The notes below the pieces were generated by a model. It saw only the letters and a program-made list of their open reading frames with translations, was not told the origin of the DNA and made no database searches. Positions 51,550 through 64,000 of a DNA stretch of 64,000 nucleotides are shown here, in pieces. The stretch covers positions 47,990,001-48,054,000 of the forward strand of contig OZ076409.1 in the NCBI GenBank assembly GCA_964187785.1, in the 5' to 3' direction. The stretch's first letter is position 1. Each line of letters starts with the position of its first letter. The position numbers were made by a program, and so were the translations under genes. The DNA comes from Amphiscolops sp. MND2022. Lineage: Eukaryota.

Positions 51550-54500
51550 GCTTATTGAGCGCAGCTGAAAATGGAAAAAGACAATACCATAAACTCCTTT
51601 ATATTGAAGGGAAGGCCAGAGAATTTCATAACTTGGAAAACAAGATTCAGTGCCTGTTTACTTACTAAAAACATACAAATAAACCAAGATGATGTCACTG
51701 AAGAAAGTAGAGCTGCAAACCATGTGATAGTCGTTCGTGCGTTGGTCATGCAACTAGACGACTTTCTACTGCAAGCTGTCATTTCTTGTGGAGAAAACGA
51801 TGGTGTCAAAGTATGGGCACATTTGTATCAGAAATATGGGCAAACAAATGTGTCGCGGATTCTTTCGATATGGAAGCCGTTCATCGACTCAATAGTTGAA
51901 CCAGTTCAAACCGTTTCTTGTTATCTAATTAGATTACATTTTTGATTTTCAAACTAGAAACCGCTAAAGAAGTTATTACTGGAAACTTTAAAATTGCAAC
52001 AGTTTTTAAAACCCTACGTGAAGAATTCGAGTTCTATTATGCAGCAATTCAATTACAAAAATTGATCATAACGGGTTGAAGAACAAATTAATTGAAAAAT
52101 GCTTATGCCTACCGACCAGAAATTTATTCACAGAAGAGAAACTGAACAGGGTGGTTGACAAATTTCAGTTTGACAAACCCAAGTAAGACCAACAGGTGTT
52201 CAAATGTGCTAATTTTGGAAAAATCATAAATCGCAAATTTGTTTTGAACCTGAGGCAAGTTGCACAAACCCAACGAGAAAACTTCAACAGCTTCTGGGCT
52301 CGCGAAAAACGATTAAAACCTAGTTTTTAGTCGCCGCATTTTAGTAGAAAATGTGCCCGACTCTTACAGTGTGTAGTTTTTTTTTTAGACACGAAAGGTC
52401 CACTTTTTTGTTCAGTTCATTTGTTCAACAACTTGGGGGAGGTTCAAAACGCGGAGGTTCAAAACGCGGAGGTTCAAAACACTCGAAATCTAAGAACCTT
52501 GCTTTCAGTTCACACTGAAGGGTCCACTTTTTTGTTCATTTGTTCAACTTTTTAGCCGAGATAATTTAGTTACGATATAACGTTTCAAAGTTCGGATATG
52601 ACGTTTTGAAGGTTCGGATATAACCTTTTCTTTTCTCGTATAGCAGTATCGACGTTTCCCCAAAATTCATAACTTGTTGAACCTTGGATATGGCGCCGAA
52701 TTGGGCCGGTCCCGGGTTGTTGGCTCTCATTACAACTGTGAGAACAAACTATTGAATGGCAGTGGCTGTACTTATCATATTTTAACTGATCAAAGTTTTT
52801 GTTAAAGAAATCAACCAGCCTTCTATTGTTGTATTTGTTTGCAATGCAGATCTGTCAAAACAAGAAACTCAAGGCATTGGTTCAGCGAAACTAGATGTAA
52901 TAGATGCCAATGGTACACATGTTTAAATAATTCTTGAGCAAACTCTTCATGTTCCAGTGAGGAAAGTCAATATTTTATCAGAGGTAAATTTGTTTGAGAA
53001 GAACAATTCGCTCCACTTTGATTTGAAAGAAAGCAATTTCATTCATGAAAACAAAAAAGAAAGATTTGTGTTGTTTTCTGGTGACGATTTGTATCACCTC
53101 ATTTTAGCTCAATCTGAATCGAAAGCTTTTCACAATGATATGTTGTGGCAACATGCCTCAAATGACTGTTAGGAAAGATGAAACACAACATTTCCAACTA
53201 TGATCTTGAAACATTCTCTCGCAGTGAGAACAGATAGCATTGTCAACTCTGTGCTTTTATTAAAAGAACAATTGAGAAGGTTCCAAAGACATTACGCAAT
53301 ATGTCGAAAAAAGTTCGATATACTTCCTTTCAATATCTGTGGAGGTTTTCCAAAGTCTAAAAATCAACGTTTTATGGTGTCTTTCAGAGATGATGATTGA
53401 AAATTGTCCAGAATATATTTCATGAGAAAAAAACAGAATTCCCTGAAAAATTCAAAAACATCGTGCTTACGTTGGCAAAAAATGTCAAATCTCTTCGTTC
53501 AGATAATGGAACTGTCAAGCATTTTGTGAAATTGGCATCAATGAAGGCATTCAAAAGGAATTCAGTTCACCTCAAAGTCAATTCCAAAAGGGAATCGCGG
53601 AACAATATTTGCAAACAATTTGTGACATGACAAAATGTTTTCTCTCACAATCAAATCTCAAAAAAAACTTTCCGGCTTCGAGCTGCTGACATTGCTTGCT
53701 ATATTCGAATTGGTTTTGTAACAAAAACAACAGCTCAGACAAACTACATTATCAACTGTTCTTCGAAAAAATCCTCCAGTGAAACATTAAAGGCGTTTCC
53801 GTTTCGTGGCTTGTAACAGAACGATGTCTAATCCATGTAAACCTGATTCAAAAAGATTACAAAATTGATGATTTGTGAATTTGAAAAAGAGAATAAAAGT
53901 TATTTTCAGTATTCAATGAGAACGCGGGTCATCTGTAGCTGTAATGTGAAACTTGACGAACAACAGTATAATATTCGATGTCGAAGGATTCCAGTCCACC
54001 ATTCACTTTTCAGCCTGAAAAATCAGATTACTGGAATACTAACAGTCCTTAATCAATTTGGTACTATTAAACTCGGCATTTTACCTCTACAACAAACTTG
54101 TATGAATCAACACATAACGAAAAAACTAACTCGCTTCGGATACCCTCTCTCACCGATAATGAAACGTTGGTCAATCAAGTAACAACATCTTTTGAAAAAG
54201 GCCGCGTAAAGACAACAACGTTTAGGCAATCCACGTCAGGAGACAAGAAGAAAGCCAGACGCCCGGTAAGCATCGGGATCTATTCCGCCCTCTTCGCATT
54301 CACCGACTGAGTCGAAGCTACTTTGGGTCTAAAGATTGAGATCTAAAAGTTAGTGATTCTAGATCTTATTCCCTTTAGATCTTATTTTCGTCCCGAAATT
54401 TTAGATCTTATTCGCTTTAGATCTTTTCCTTTTTCTGACTTAAGATATTATTCCCCCTCTAAGCTAAGTGAGTGAGAACTAAGTGAGTGAGAGAGTGTAG

Positions 54501-55170
54501 GTAGATAAGAGTGAATGAAGGTAAGAGTAGGTTTTTGGCAGAATTTGGAACAAAACGCATCACAGAACATGATTTTCTTCAACCATTGAAAACGTTGGGT
54601 CGGAAAATAATAACAGATTCCACGTGTTCTTAACAGTGTCATCTACAGGAAAAAGATACTTAGACCTATTCGGATGCTATGAAATCAATGAATTGTGAAT
54701 GTTGGAAACAAGCGATAACTTCAGAATTGGGTACACTTAGAAAACTTGATGTTTATGATCTTGTGGATAAATCAAGAGAATTGCCTTTAAAGAAAGCAAA
54801 GTGTTCTTTGTTACAAAAAACTCCAGAAGGGTCAATTTCTCAACACAAAGCCAGTTATGCTTCAAAAGGGTTCTCACAAGTGGTCAAAACTGCACCGAAA
54901 CTTTCGTACACACTGTGTCACTTTCGAAAATACGTGTATTACTGGCATTAGCGTCATAAACGTCAATGAAAAGTCGTCAAAAAGATGTCTTTTCTCAATT
55001 CTCCAATAAAGGATGATATCTATTTGGAACAAACTCCCAGGTCCATTGAAGAAGGGGAAAGACGACGAAGTCTGGAAATTGGAAATTTTGTGGTATGATC
55101 TTGAACAAGCAAGTCGCGCATGACATAGAAATTTAGCGAACATTTTAACAAAACAACTCAAGTTCACGAA
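51550..55170 (+). mobile_element. Older, heavily decayed Copia element
   Basis: Gag-like FITWKTRFSACL (51571-51945), protease-like xSGCTYHI (~52755), integrase LRSDNG (~53492), RT WKQAITSELGTL...KASYASKGFSQ and QASRA; LTRs not resolved. Confidence 0.8.
52324..52721 (+). mobile_element. HINE-like element inserted in the second Copia
   Basis: ttttagtcgccgcatttt...aaaatgtgcccgact stem-loop start, ggcgccgaatt...gttgtt end, internal GGAGGTTCAAAACGC x3. Confidence 0.6.
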
Positions 55171-57055
55171 ATTTTACATATCTTCGTTTTTTTGTCCGAC
55201 GATTTGGTAAAGCAAACCAAAACCTTTAATCTTGGGTGGAAATCACGTTCTTTCCTTGTTGACCATTTTTAACATTCCAATCTACAAAGTTTGTCGGAAA
55301 TTTTAAAAAAATGCCTAAAATTTTTGAAAACAAGGAAATTTTGGAGTTTTTGTCATCTTCGGTGTCAATTTGAGACATCTTCATTTTGAAAAATGCAATA
55401 AAGTCTTTCGAAAAGCCTACTGAACAACACATTCTTTCCGTTTTGACCATTTTCAACGTTCCAATCCACAAGTTCTGTAAAAAATTTGGAAAAAAACTTG
55501 CAAATAATCTTTGAACATGTCGAAGGATTCCAGTCCACCATTCACTTTTCAGCCTGAAAAATCAGATTACTGGAATACTAACAGTCCTTAATCAATTTGG
55601 TACTATTAAACTCGGCATTTTACCTCTACAACAAACTTGTATGAATCAACACATAACGAAAAAACTAACTCGCTTCGGATACCCTCTCTCACCGATAATG
55701 AAACGTTGGTCAATCAAGTAACAACATCTTTTGAAAAAGGCCGCGTAAAGACAACAACGTTTAGGCAATCCACGTCAGGAGACAAGAAGAAAGCCAGACG
55801 CCCGGTAAGCATCGGGATCTATTCCGCCCTCTTCGCATTCACCGACTGAGTCGAAGCTACTTTGGGTCTAAAGATTGAGATCTAAAAGTTAGTGATTCTA
55901 GATCTTATTCCCTTTAGATCTTATTTTCGTCCCGAAATTTTAGATCTTATTCGCTTTAGATCTTTTCCTTTTTCTGACTTAAGATATTATTCCCCCTCTA
56001 AGCTAAGTGAGTGAGAACTAAGTGAGTGAGAGAGTGTAGGTAGATAAGAGTGAATGAAGGTAAGAGTAGGTTTTTGGCAGAATTTGGAACAAAACGCATC
56101 ACAGAACATGATTTTCTTCAACCATTGAAAACGTTGGGTCGGAAAATAATAACAGATTCCACGTGTTCTTAACAGTGTCATCTACAGGAAAAAGATACTT
56201 AGACCTATTCGGATGCTATGAAATCAATGAATTGTGAATGTTGGAAACAAGCGATAACTTCAGAATTGGGTACACTTAGAAAACTTGATGTTTATGATCT
56301 TGTGGATAAATCAAGAGAATTGCCTTTAAAGAAAGCAAAGTGTTCTTTGTTACAAAAAACTCCAGAAGGGTCAATTTCTCAACACAAAGCCAGTTATGCT
56401 TCAAAAGGGTTCTCACAAGTGGTCAAAACTGCACCGAAACTTTCGTACACACTGTGTCACTTTCGAAAATACGTGTATTACTGGCATTAGCGTCATAAAC
56501 GTCAATGAAAAGTCGTCAAAAAGATGTCTTTTCTCAATTCTCCAATAAAGGATGATATCTATTTGGAACAAACTCCCAGGTCCATTGAAGAAGGGGAAAG
56601 ACGACGAAGTCTGGAAATTGGAAATTTTGTGGTATGATCTTGAACAAGCAAGTCGCGCATGACATAGAAATTTAGCGAACATTTTAACAAAACAACTCAA
56701 GTTCACGAAATTTTACATATCTTCGTTTTTTTGTCCGACGATTTGGTAAAGCAAACCAAAACCTTTAATCTTGGGTGGAAATCACGTTCTTTCCTTGTTG
56801 ACCATTTTTAACATTCCAATCTACAAAGTTTGTCGGAAATTTTAAAAAAATGCCTAAAATTTTTGAAAACAAGGAAATTTTGGAGTTTTTGTCATCTTCG
56901 GTGTCAATTTGAGACATCTTCATTTTGAAAAATGCAATAAAGTCTTTCGAAAAGCCTACTGAACAACACATTCTTTCCGTTTTGACCATTTTCAACGTTC
57001 CAATCCACAAGTTCTGTAAAAAATTTGGAAAAAAACTTGCAAATAATCTTTGAAC
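53978..57055. repeat. Apparently perfect 1539-bp tandem duplication (53978-55516 / 55517-57055)
   Basis: Identical ORFs offset by 1539 bp (54098/55637, 54679/56218, etc.); 2-bp AT microhomology at the junction. Confidence 0.95.
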
Positions 57056-57850
57056 ATTGGAAAATTTTGATATTTTTGTCAGTTTCGGCGTCAATCTGAA
57101 ACATTTCAATTCAGAACATTGCATTTGTCTCCTCGTAAGAGTTCACTGGAAAACCAATCTTTTTCCTTGTTGGCGCTTTAAAACTTTCCAATTCACGAAG
57201 TCTGTCAACAATTTGACAAAAAATGCGTAAATTGAAATTTTGCGGGTTTTGTTATTTTCGATGTCAATTTGAGATTTTTTTCATTTGGAAAACAGCAATC
57301 ATCTCTTCGGAAATGCCTACTGGACAACCAATCAGTGCCATATTGTGCGTTTTCAACATTTTAATCTACGAAGTCTTTCGAAATTTGATAAAAATTGCAT
57401 AAAAACAATAAAAATCGGGATTTTTTTGGTTTTTTGTCATTTTCTGTTACTTTGAAACATTTTTCATCCAAATAACTGCAATAATCTTTTCAAAGGAGCC
57501 TATTGGACAACGAATTTGTGACTTGTTGAACGTTTTAAACATTCTTATCCACGATATCCATCGAAAAGTTGATAAAAATTGCATTAAAACGTCAACAATT
57601 GAAAATTTTTGTAAATTTTCTCGTTTTGTGGTCATTTCTGGGTCATTCTAGGGTCCCTGGGGTCAACTAAAAAGTCCAGAAATCTCCACAATTACATATA
57701 GCACGAAGCTAAATTTATGTCAGTTGAATTCCATGGGTAACACCCTTAAAGTTAAATTTAAATTTGGTGCTAGGCAAGTTTTGTTAAACAACCGTTTGAT
57801 TTAAATATGTTTTTTCCTTTCCCATATATGAAATATGGGCGGAAAATAAA
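56700..57850. repeat. ~180-190 bp diverged tandem array plus conserved family terminus
   Basis: tttgtca..ttcggtgtcaatttgagacat units at ~56888, 57074, 57249, 57433; ends gttgaattccatgggt...tttcccatatatgaaatatgggcggaaa. Confidence 0.7.
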
Positions 57851-59140
57851 AAATTATTGTCCATCGGACAGAAGCTGCTGGATGGCAGTCTTCAGTTCAG
57901 GAAGCACTTAAATTACGTTGTGGAGAAAAAACACAACTTCTCATAGCAAATTTCGCAGAAATGATTGTCGAAGTTTAATTTATAAAATAATTTGCTCAAG
58001 ATCAATGACAACAGAGTGTCTTCCAATTGGATTATGTTCTTTCTCAGGACTAGAGTCAGCTCTAGTTTCGAAACAACTTCACTCACCTAAACTGGTGAAC
58101 ATTGCTTGTAACCAAGGATTGCATGTTAAAATTAGTAAATCTGTGAAACGTGTGAGGTTTGTCATGCACACGAATGGACAGAAGCAGGTGGTAATACTTT
58201 TATACGAAAAACTAAACAGCCAAATGAATTGTCTTTGTATGATGAATTCTTGATTGATAGCAACTTTTTAGGTTGCCATCTGATGGAGGTTATTTGAGAA
58301 GAAAGCAAAATGTGACATTGAGCTGTCATTGATGTTTTGAAAACTAACAAGTCGCGACTAAATGACGTCTGTCTACTTGGAACCTGTCTCTACATATGAT
58401 CTTTTCACCAAGGAAAATAGACGTTGTCGCGTAAAGTTTAAGAAAATGTTGGCGTAAAAGAAGGTTTTTCTGTTTAGGTACAAGCTATGTTTCATGCTCT
58501 CATTTATCATTTTTCATTTGAGATTCGAAGTCATGTAAAAACCTCAGCCTTCTAGCTCTGATAGCTAGTGTCTAACATGTAACCTTCAAAAAGACAAATG
58601 AAGAAACTTCAAGTTTCAAAAAGTCTTTAAGATGAGCAGGCACAGTTTGGCATGGCCAAAACCAATGCAATGGAAATGTGTCGGTAGCGATTTAGCTTGC
58701 AGATACGCAGTGATGGAGATATCACAAGATACTGAAACTGTTATCAATACTCTTCATATTTTTGAAATTGTTAGTATTAGGAATGAAGTTCAACGAGTTC
58801 AAACAAACGAAGACAAAATAAGAATGAAATTGTGGACGCAAAGAATGGCAGATAAAGCGAGCAGAGAAAAGTCAGAACAAGGATAAGAAATGAATGAGAA
58901 GCTGGAGAAAATGATTCAAGAAGCGAAAAGCAGCAAAATAACTCAGTCATTTCTAAATTTGAAGTTTTATGAGCAAAAAATATTGAAAAATATCACAAAT
59001 AGGGACATGCATTGTTACAAATAAAAAAGACGGTGAAATAAGCGTGTCCAATACAGACAACCAAGAAAACAGAATGCAGGATGTTCTTTTCAGGTCCTCA
59101 AAATTAGGTGAGCTGAGATTGCCCATGCGTCATTGAATAG

Positions 59141-59640
59141 GGGCACGGTAATAAGTTCGAACCCAAAAGTTCGAATTTTAATTTCGAATGGACTAAGTTC
59201 GAATTTTCCAAAAACCGGAACAAGTTCGAATCACTGTGTTCGAATTTTGAACTAAGTATGAAACGTGCCACTGATATTACCGCATTTCATCTAGTGCCCC
59301 GCGGCCCCTTGGGGCCGCTTATGTTCCCATCTTGCTAAGCGAGGTCGAACAGGAGCAAAGACCTAGCGGGAACGGAGATCGCGAAGCGATCGTAGTGGGA
59401 GCTGGTCTTTGCGACGGTGAGGGCGAGCGTGCATACACCGGGTATGCCCCACATTTCAGTTTTTAGATTCCTTTAGATCCTAGGCGGTGGAGCTCTCAGG
59501 ATCTTTTGTGAAGGATGTCCAGTTTACACCGGATATGCCCGATAAGAAAATTCGAACTTGGTGTCTCGAAACTATTCCATTCAAACTTATTGCACTAGTT
59601 CAAATTCGAACTTAGTAAATCGAACTTATTGCCCGAAGCC
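59141..59640. mobile_element. Mutator/MULE-like MITE (500 bp) with 9-bp TSD and central hairpin cassette
   Basis: TSD ATTGAATAG at 59132-59140 and 59641-59649; TIR gggcacggtaataagttcga vs ggcttcgggcaataagttcga; AAGTTCGAA subterminal repeats; cassette copy C at 59291-59437. Confidence 0.9.
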
Positions 59641-61217
59641 ATTGAATAGTGGAGAGTTTGATCTAGTTGTCACTGTAATTGTAATTAGGGTCTCACAGGG
59701 TCACAGGCTCCAACATAACATAATTTCCGTGAAAATCTGAAATTGCCGAGATTTTTTCTGGAGAATTTTCCAAGCGTTTCAAGTGCCCAAGAATCTTGGG
59801 ACAAAATCACTGGGACATTGATTTAAAATTCTCATAAAACGATGTGTATGAACATGGTATGCCACTCTTGTTAAGTTGGAAGTTTTTCGATCGAATGTGA
59901 CAAAAAAAACCCCGCCTAAAATTGTTGTGAAAAAGCATTCTAAGGCTGAAAAAAAGTTGATAAAACTTTTTTGTGGGGATAGAAACAGATATAAAAGAAT
60001 TTAAAAAACGTTTAGTCATAAAGTCAAAAACATTCAACTAATCTCTCAGTCTTAGTCTGACATTAGGGGCGAATTCTTTGAATCAAAAAATCATTTTCTA
60101 CCTTCATTTTACGGGGTGGACGCCGAAGAAGCAGTTCTGCTTTTCTAAGTCAATACTCTTTTATCTTATCATATTTGCAGCCATAAAGCTGAGCAATACC
60201 TTTTTTGTCAACTACCACATCACTAAACAAGGAATCAGGGACTTTCCTAATGCCCAACAATTGTGAGTTGAGAGAGATTCGAACCTGGTTGTTGGCGCCT
60301 CAAATGAGATTTAAGAATTTTTGCGAAAAATTCACAAACAGATTAGTCTCAAACAAAGTGCTGAAAAATTGTGAATATTTGAAATTTGACCATAGTTTTT
60401 TGCCTAGCCTCTTTTTTGACCATATCAAATGGTTAGGTTATTAAAAAATAGACTCGGAGGAACGTTTACCGAAAAACACCGCTGGTTGATCTGATTTTGA
60501 ACCCTTTTATGGAACTTGTGCTTTTTCTGTGATTATTTCTATTTTTTGGGTAAATATATTTCTCTATGTACACCTTATATGGTTTACGTGGGTGTTCAGA
60601 GGACCCACCAGTACCATTTGCGAACGTCCCTGATTATTTAACAGCAAATAACACGTGTAAATGTATGCCTTAATGCCCATAAAAACTAATTTCATATATA
60701 CTTTCACATAATTTGGTGTATAACAACAACCCAGATGAATATTTTGTTTCAATAAATTCTATATATCAAGGCGCTTGTATGATGATGGTAAATTTAACCA
60801 CAAACATCCAACATGATGTATTTCCTGTATGCTAAAGTAACCAGAGTTAACTCCTACAAAAGGGACCCAACCAGGTAGAGGACCAAATCGGTCGACTTTG
60901 CTACTCAAGTATTGAAGAAAGTGACAGCTTGGAAATTTCTTGTACAATTAATTCAGTTAACTCTGGCTATTGAAGAGCTTTTGAGAGTTGTACAAGTGAT
61001 ATTGTATTGTTTCGAAATTCCAACGTCAATTTATTATATTGCGTATGGTTGCGATATTTTTGCTTGGGAAAGTTATCGTGGAGGCAAGTATTTGGACTTA
61101 TCGTTTGATTTAGCTGCTCAACCACGCTACCCCTCATCGAGACAGCTAAGTTGGTTCCTATTGTCAAGCTTTAGAACTTCAAAGTTACTTTATGTTTGTT
61201 AAACAGAATAAGTGTAA

Positions 61218-61858
61218 AGTCGAAGATGCAGTAATTGCTTCACCGACGTCCGAAACTTATTCAATGTAACTCTAGCAGATTCTTTATTGGATATAGATGC
61301 AATATCATCTATTCAAAGTTTCAAAAACCAGAAACTTGTTAATTTCGGACAGCCAAGGAAAGAGCTCGATATTGCTAACTTCAATGTTTTATCACTGCCT
61401 GCTGGAGCAAAAGTAGAACACGTTTACGATTTTATACCCAAAAAGGATTTTTATGATATCATCGTCCTTTATATAGGCGGTAACAACCTATTTGCCAGCA
61501 AATTTTATTTCGACAGATATCCGATCTCGCAAATCTTTCATTAACCAAAGCTGAAAAGGTTTTCGTGCTTGGTATACCTTTAGGCACCTTTCAACCTCAT
61601 CAAGCAAAAGAAGTTAATTCTTTACTAGCTTCTTGTCAAGAAGGCTGGAAATTCAGAGGAATTTCAAGGCAAGTGTTCAGCAATAAGCTCTTGAAGAAGG
61701 GTAACATTCATTTGAACTCCCACGCATTGAGTGGAATTACCTATATTCGGAAAAGCAAGATACTTTACAAGAGATTTTGTACATCGATTGAAAAGGAAGG
61801 ACATCTCGAAGTTATTGTGTGCAGTGGAGTTTGCAAGTGCCTTTCCTGGACAAATTAG
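61218..61858 (+). pseudogene. SGNH/GDSL esterase-like domain, disrupted (probably transposon-derived)
   Basis: Motif order VTLADSLL (block I), SLPAGAKV (II), DIIVLYIGGNNL (III), KVFVLGIP, GNIHLN (V); frameshift near 61500-61545. Confidence 0.65.
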
Positions 61859-62816
61859 CTTTAGAATTGTCCGCAAGTTGTCAACCAGGCCGTCGTAAAG
61901 CTTGGTAAGTGTTTTTTGTCAAGTTACCTTGCAGATGCAAAACTGGTACCGCCCCAGTACAGGCCGAACACTCTAACCATTAACCCATGCTCCTAATTGA
62001 GGGTCTTTTGGCTTACTCTGGTGCCCGTATTTAACGAAGGATTACTAATAGCAGAGGATCTGTGTAATCATCATGCTTATACATTGCGCCATCTCAAGTT
62101 GAAGGCAAATTCAATTTTAGGGGATATGCTGACTTCATCAGTCGGCAATTCTTCACTGTAAGAAGTTTGAAACTCTATTTTTGAAACCACCATTGATTTC
62201 GAAGCACTTTGAACTCAGGTACCTGCAAAAAAAGAAGCAATGGTACTGCGAAGTACTTCAAACACTGGGACAAGATGCTGTTATGAAATGAGGGGACACG
62301 AAGGTGCATTCAGATTTGCTTGGCAAGACTGATAGCGAAGATATTGTATTTTTTAGCGTATTTCGTCCAGATCAGTACTTAATGAAACGCTTTCAAAAAT
62401 TCATGCATTTAGATACCTTACCTGCAGCGACATCATTTCAATCATTCTTTTTTCTTTGAATGTTCCGCTGATCATAGAATATAGCTTACATTTGACTGAT
62501 TTAAATCACTATTAGTTGATTGATATTCAAATTTCAAAACCAGTCTGTCAGTTTTATAATTTTCAAAAGTCGCAACTAACTTTGAAGCTCGTGGAGACAA
62601 CCTAGGCTTGCAAAACTCCTCATACAAACAAATAATTGAACTTCATTTTGAAATGCAGAATTGACAAATTAGAGATTTAATCTGATGTTAAATAAATCAA
62701 TTGAATGGGTTGTAGCTTTCTAACTTTCTTTGATTACACTTTGTTATTTTCAAGATTGAGATTTTGCTTCGTTGATTTGGTAGCATGTCACGTAACACCT
62801 GCTTGACATGGCCATG

Positions 62817-63004
62817 TTATTCAGATAATTCATACTTCTTCGAGTATCCAATTCGGATAGCAATCGCAAGCCCGATAACCGCAATAGAAATGCCACAACC
62901 GATGAAAGGCAGAATAAGGGACCAACCCCATTCACATCCATTGCAATTCCCGTCATGTTTGTAGGCTACTGTTGCCACTGCACAAGCGCCACCCAAAAAC
63001 GCAG
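62817..63004 (-). CDS. Last exon of a PMP22/EMP/claudin-superfamily tetraspan membrane protein
   Basis: Acceptor ttttgcttttttag|; frame AFLGGACAVATVAYKHDGNCNGCEWGWSLILPFIGCGISIAVIGLAIAIRIGYSKKYELSE*, i.e. end of TM3, short loop, (W/Y)GWS motif, TM4 and short tail. Upstream exons lie beyond the window. Confidence 0.72.
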
Positions 63005-63035
63005 CTAAAAAAGCAAAATTTCCTAACTTCTGTTT

Positions 63036-63671
63036 TCAATTTTTTAACAACCCTTTTAATTTTCCGCCCATATTCCATATGGGAATGTCATGAACGTTAC
63101 CGATGGACGGTCTACCTAATCGGTATCCATCATGTTGTTCATTTCTACAGTCAGCTTTAGCGTTTGGAATTCGCTTTTCCTCGGCATTTGCTTCCGCTCT
63201 CTCAACTGGGACTTCCCATCCCCTTCTGGTCTCTCGGCCCGATCCGGCCATTATGACATTCTGTATCTGAGGCAATACTTGACTGCTGATAGCCTCATTA
63301 ATGGCCCTTTGGATCTGCGTCCCAACATTATTCATCATTTCATCCATCTCACGGGATATCCTAGAGTTCAATTCGCTAGACAACCTATTTATCTCAGCTA
63401 GTGAGTTTGCTTCAACTGAGTTTTGGCCAAAATCGGCACTTGTCCTAGGTTCATCATTTCTGCAATTAGAAAATAGGCTTTCGCCCTCGTTGTCCAAGTT
63501 ATTACTTATGACACTTTCTCTCCTCCCAACGGAGTTATTGTCTAAACTCCTTTCTCTTTCAGTTCCATTGTAACGATCGCCTCCTAACATTATGTCTAGA
63601 TTTTCGATATCAGAAAGGATCTCTAGTCCTCTGGACTTTCTAGTCTTCTTTTGTTTTCTTGTAGTAGGCAT
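63036..63671 (-). CDS. LTR-encoded ORF (MPTTRKQKK family), reading 16 codons into the flank
   Basis: 211-aa intact ORF homologous to 6467-7045; homology ends at the LTR edge. Confidence 0.7.
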   Translation of the reverse strand: MPTTRKQKKTRKSRGLEILSDIENLDIMLGGDRYNGTERERSLDNNSVGRRESVISNNLDNEGESLFSNCRNDEPRTSADFGQNSVEANSLAEINRLSSELNSRISREMDEMMNNVGTQIQRAINEAISSQVLPQIQNVIMAGSGRETRRGWEVPVERAEANAEEKRIPNAKADCRNEQHDGYRLGRPSIGNVHDIPIWNMGGKLKGLLKN

Positions 63672-64000
63672 AAGGAAACTTCGAGTATAAAATTAAATTA
63701 GATTATATCTCGAAAATAACAGTGAAACCGTTTGTACTAATATGATAGTCTTTTTCAGAAGAGAGCAAATAAGGAAGTGTCTCCTCTCTCAAAGGCACGG
63801 GTATTTATACCCCCGAAAGAGTGACACTCTCATTCCTTACATTCTTTGACTAAGACAATACCATATGACTGCATTTTTGATGGTCACAGGATGAACGCTA
63901 TCCATTTCAAATATTATACATCAAAGGGACAATCATTCAACCGTTAGCACCGTTTACATATTTGGCAAAATATTTTCATTGAACAGGTATTTGTTGATGT
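63086..64000 (-). mobile_element. Second ORF-bearing LTR (runs off the window), in the last intron of the tetraspan gene
   Basis: Minus-strand end ...gttcatgACA at 63086; block tgtcactct..gggg..ata.ccc.tgc..tgagagag shared with ~7165-7213; TATAAATA at ~63802-63809. Confidence 0.7.

Noticed and set aside
57860..59000. Decayed ORF-like region
   Set aside because: Many stops and no motif I can assign with confidence.

Overview
AT-rich, repeat-saturated animal genomic DNA with no prokaryotic features. The repeat landscape reminds me of acoel worms, but that is unverified. Most of the window is nested mobile DNA: a decayed Ty3/Gypsy element lacking integrase (13.9-17.8 kb), a Tc1 (DD34E) transposon split by an insertion (23.7-25.4 kb), a full-length decayed Copia with both LTRs (40.9-46.1 kb), and a second older Copia (51.6-55.2 kb) partly covered by an apparently perfect 1539-bp tandem duplication. 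It also holds a CGGBP1-like hAT remnant, an SGNH-esterase pseudogene, Helentron-like HINEs, CCC...GGG MITEs with 2-bp TSDs, and Mutator-like MITEs with 9-bp TSDs. Host coding sequence is limited to isolated exons; the best supported is the last exon of a PMP22/EMP/claudin-like gene (62817-63004, minus strand). The most unusual observations are (1) an LTR family with a conserved ~190-codon ORF inside the LTR, seen twice, (2) a GC-rich multi-hairpin cassette (CTAGTGCCC...CATACA) shared by otherwise unrelated elements, and (3) a perfect 94-bp spacerless palindrome. All alignments were done by eye; no searches were run.
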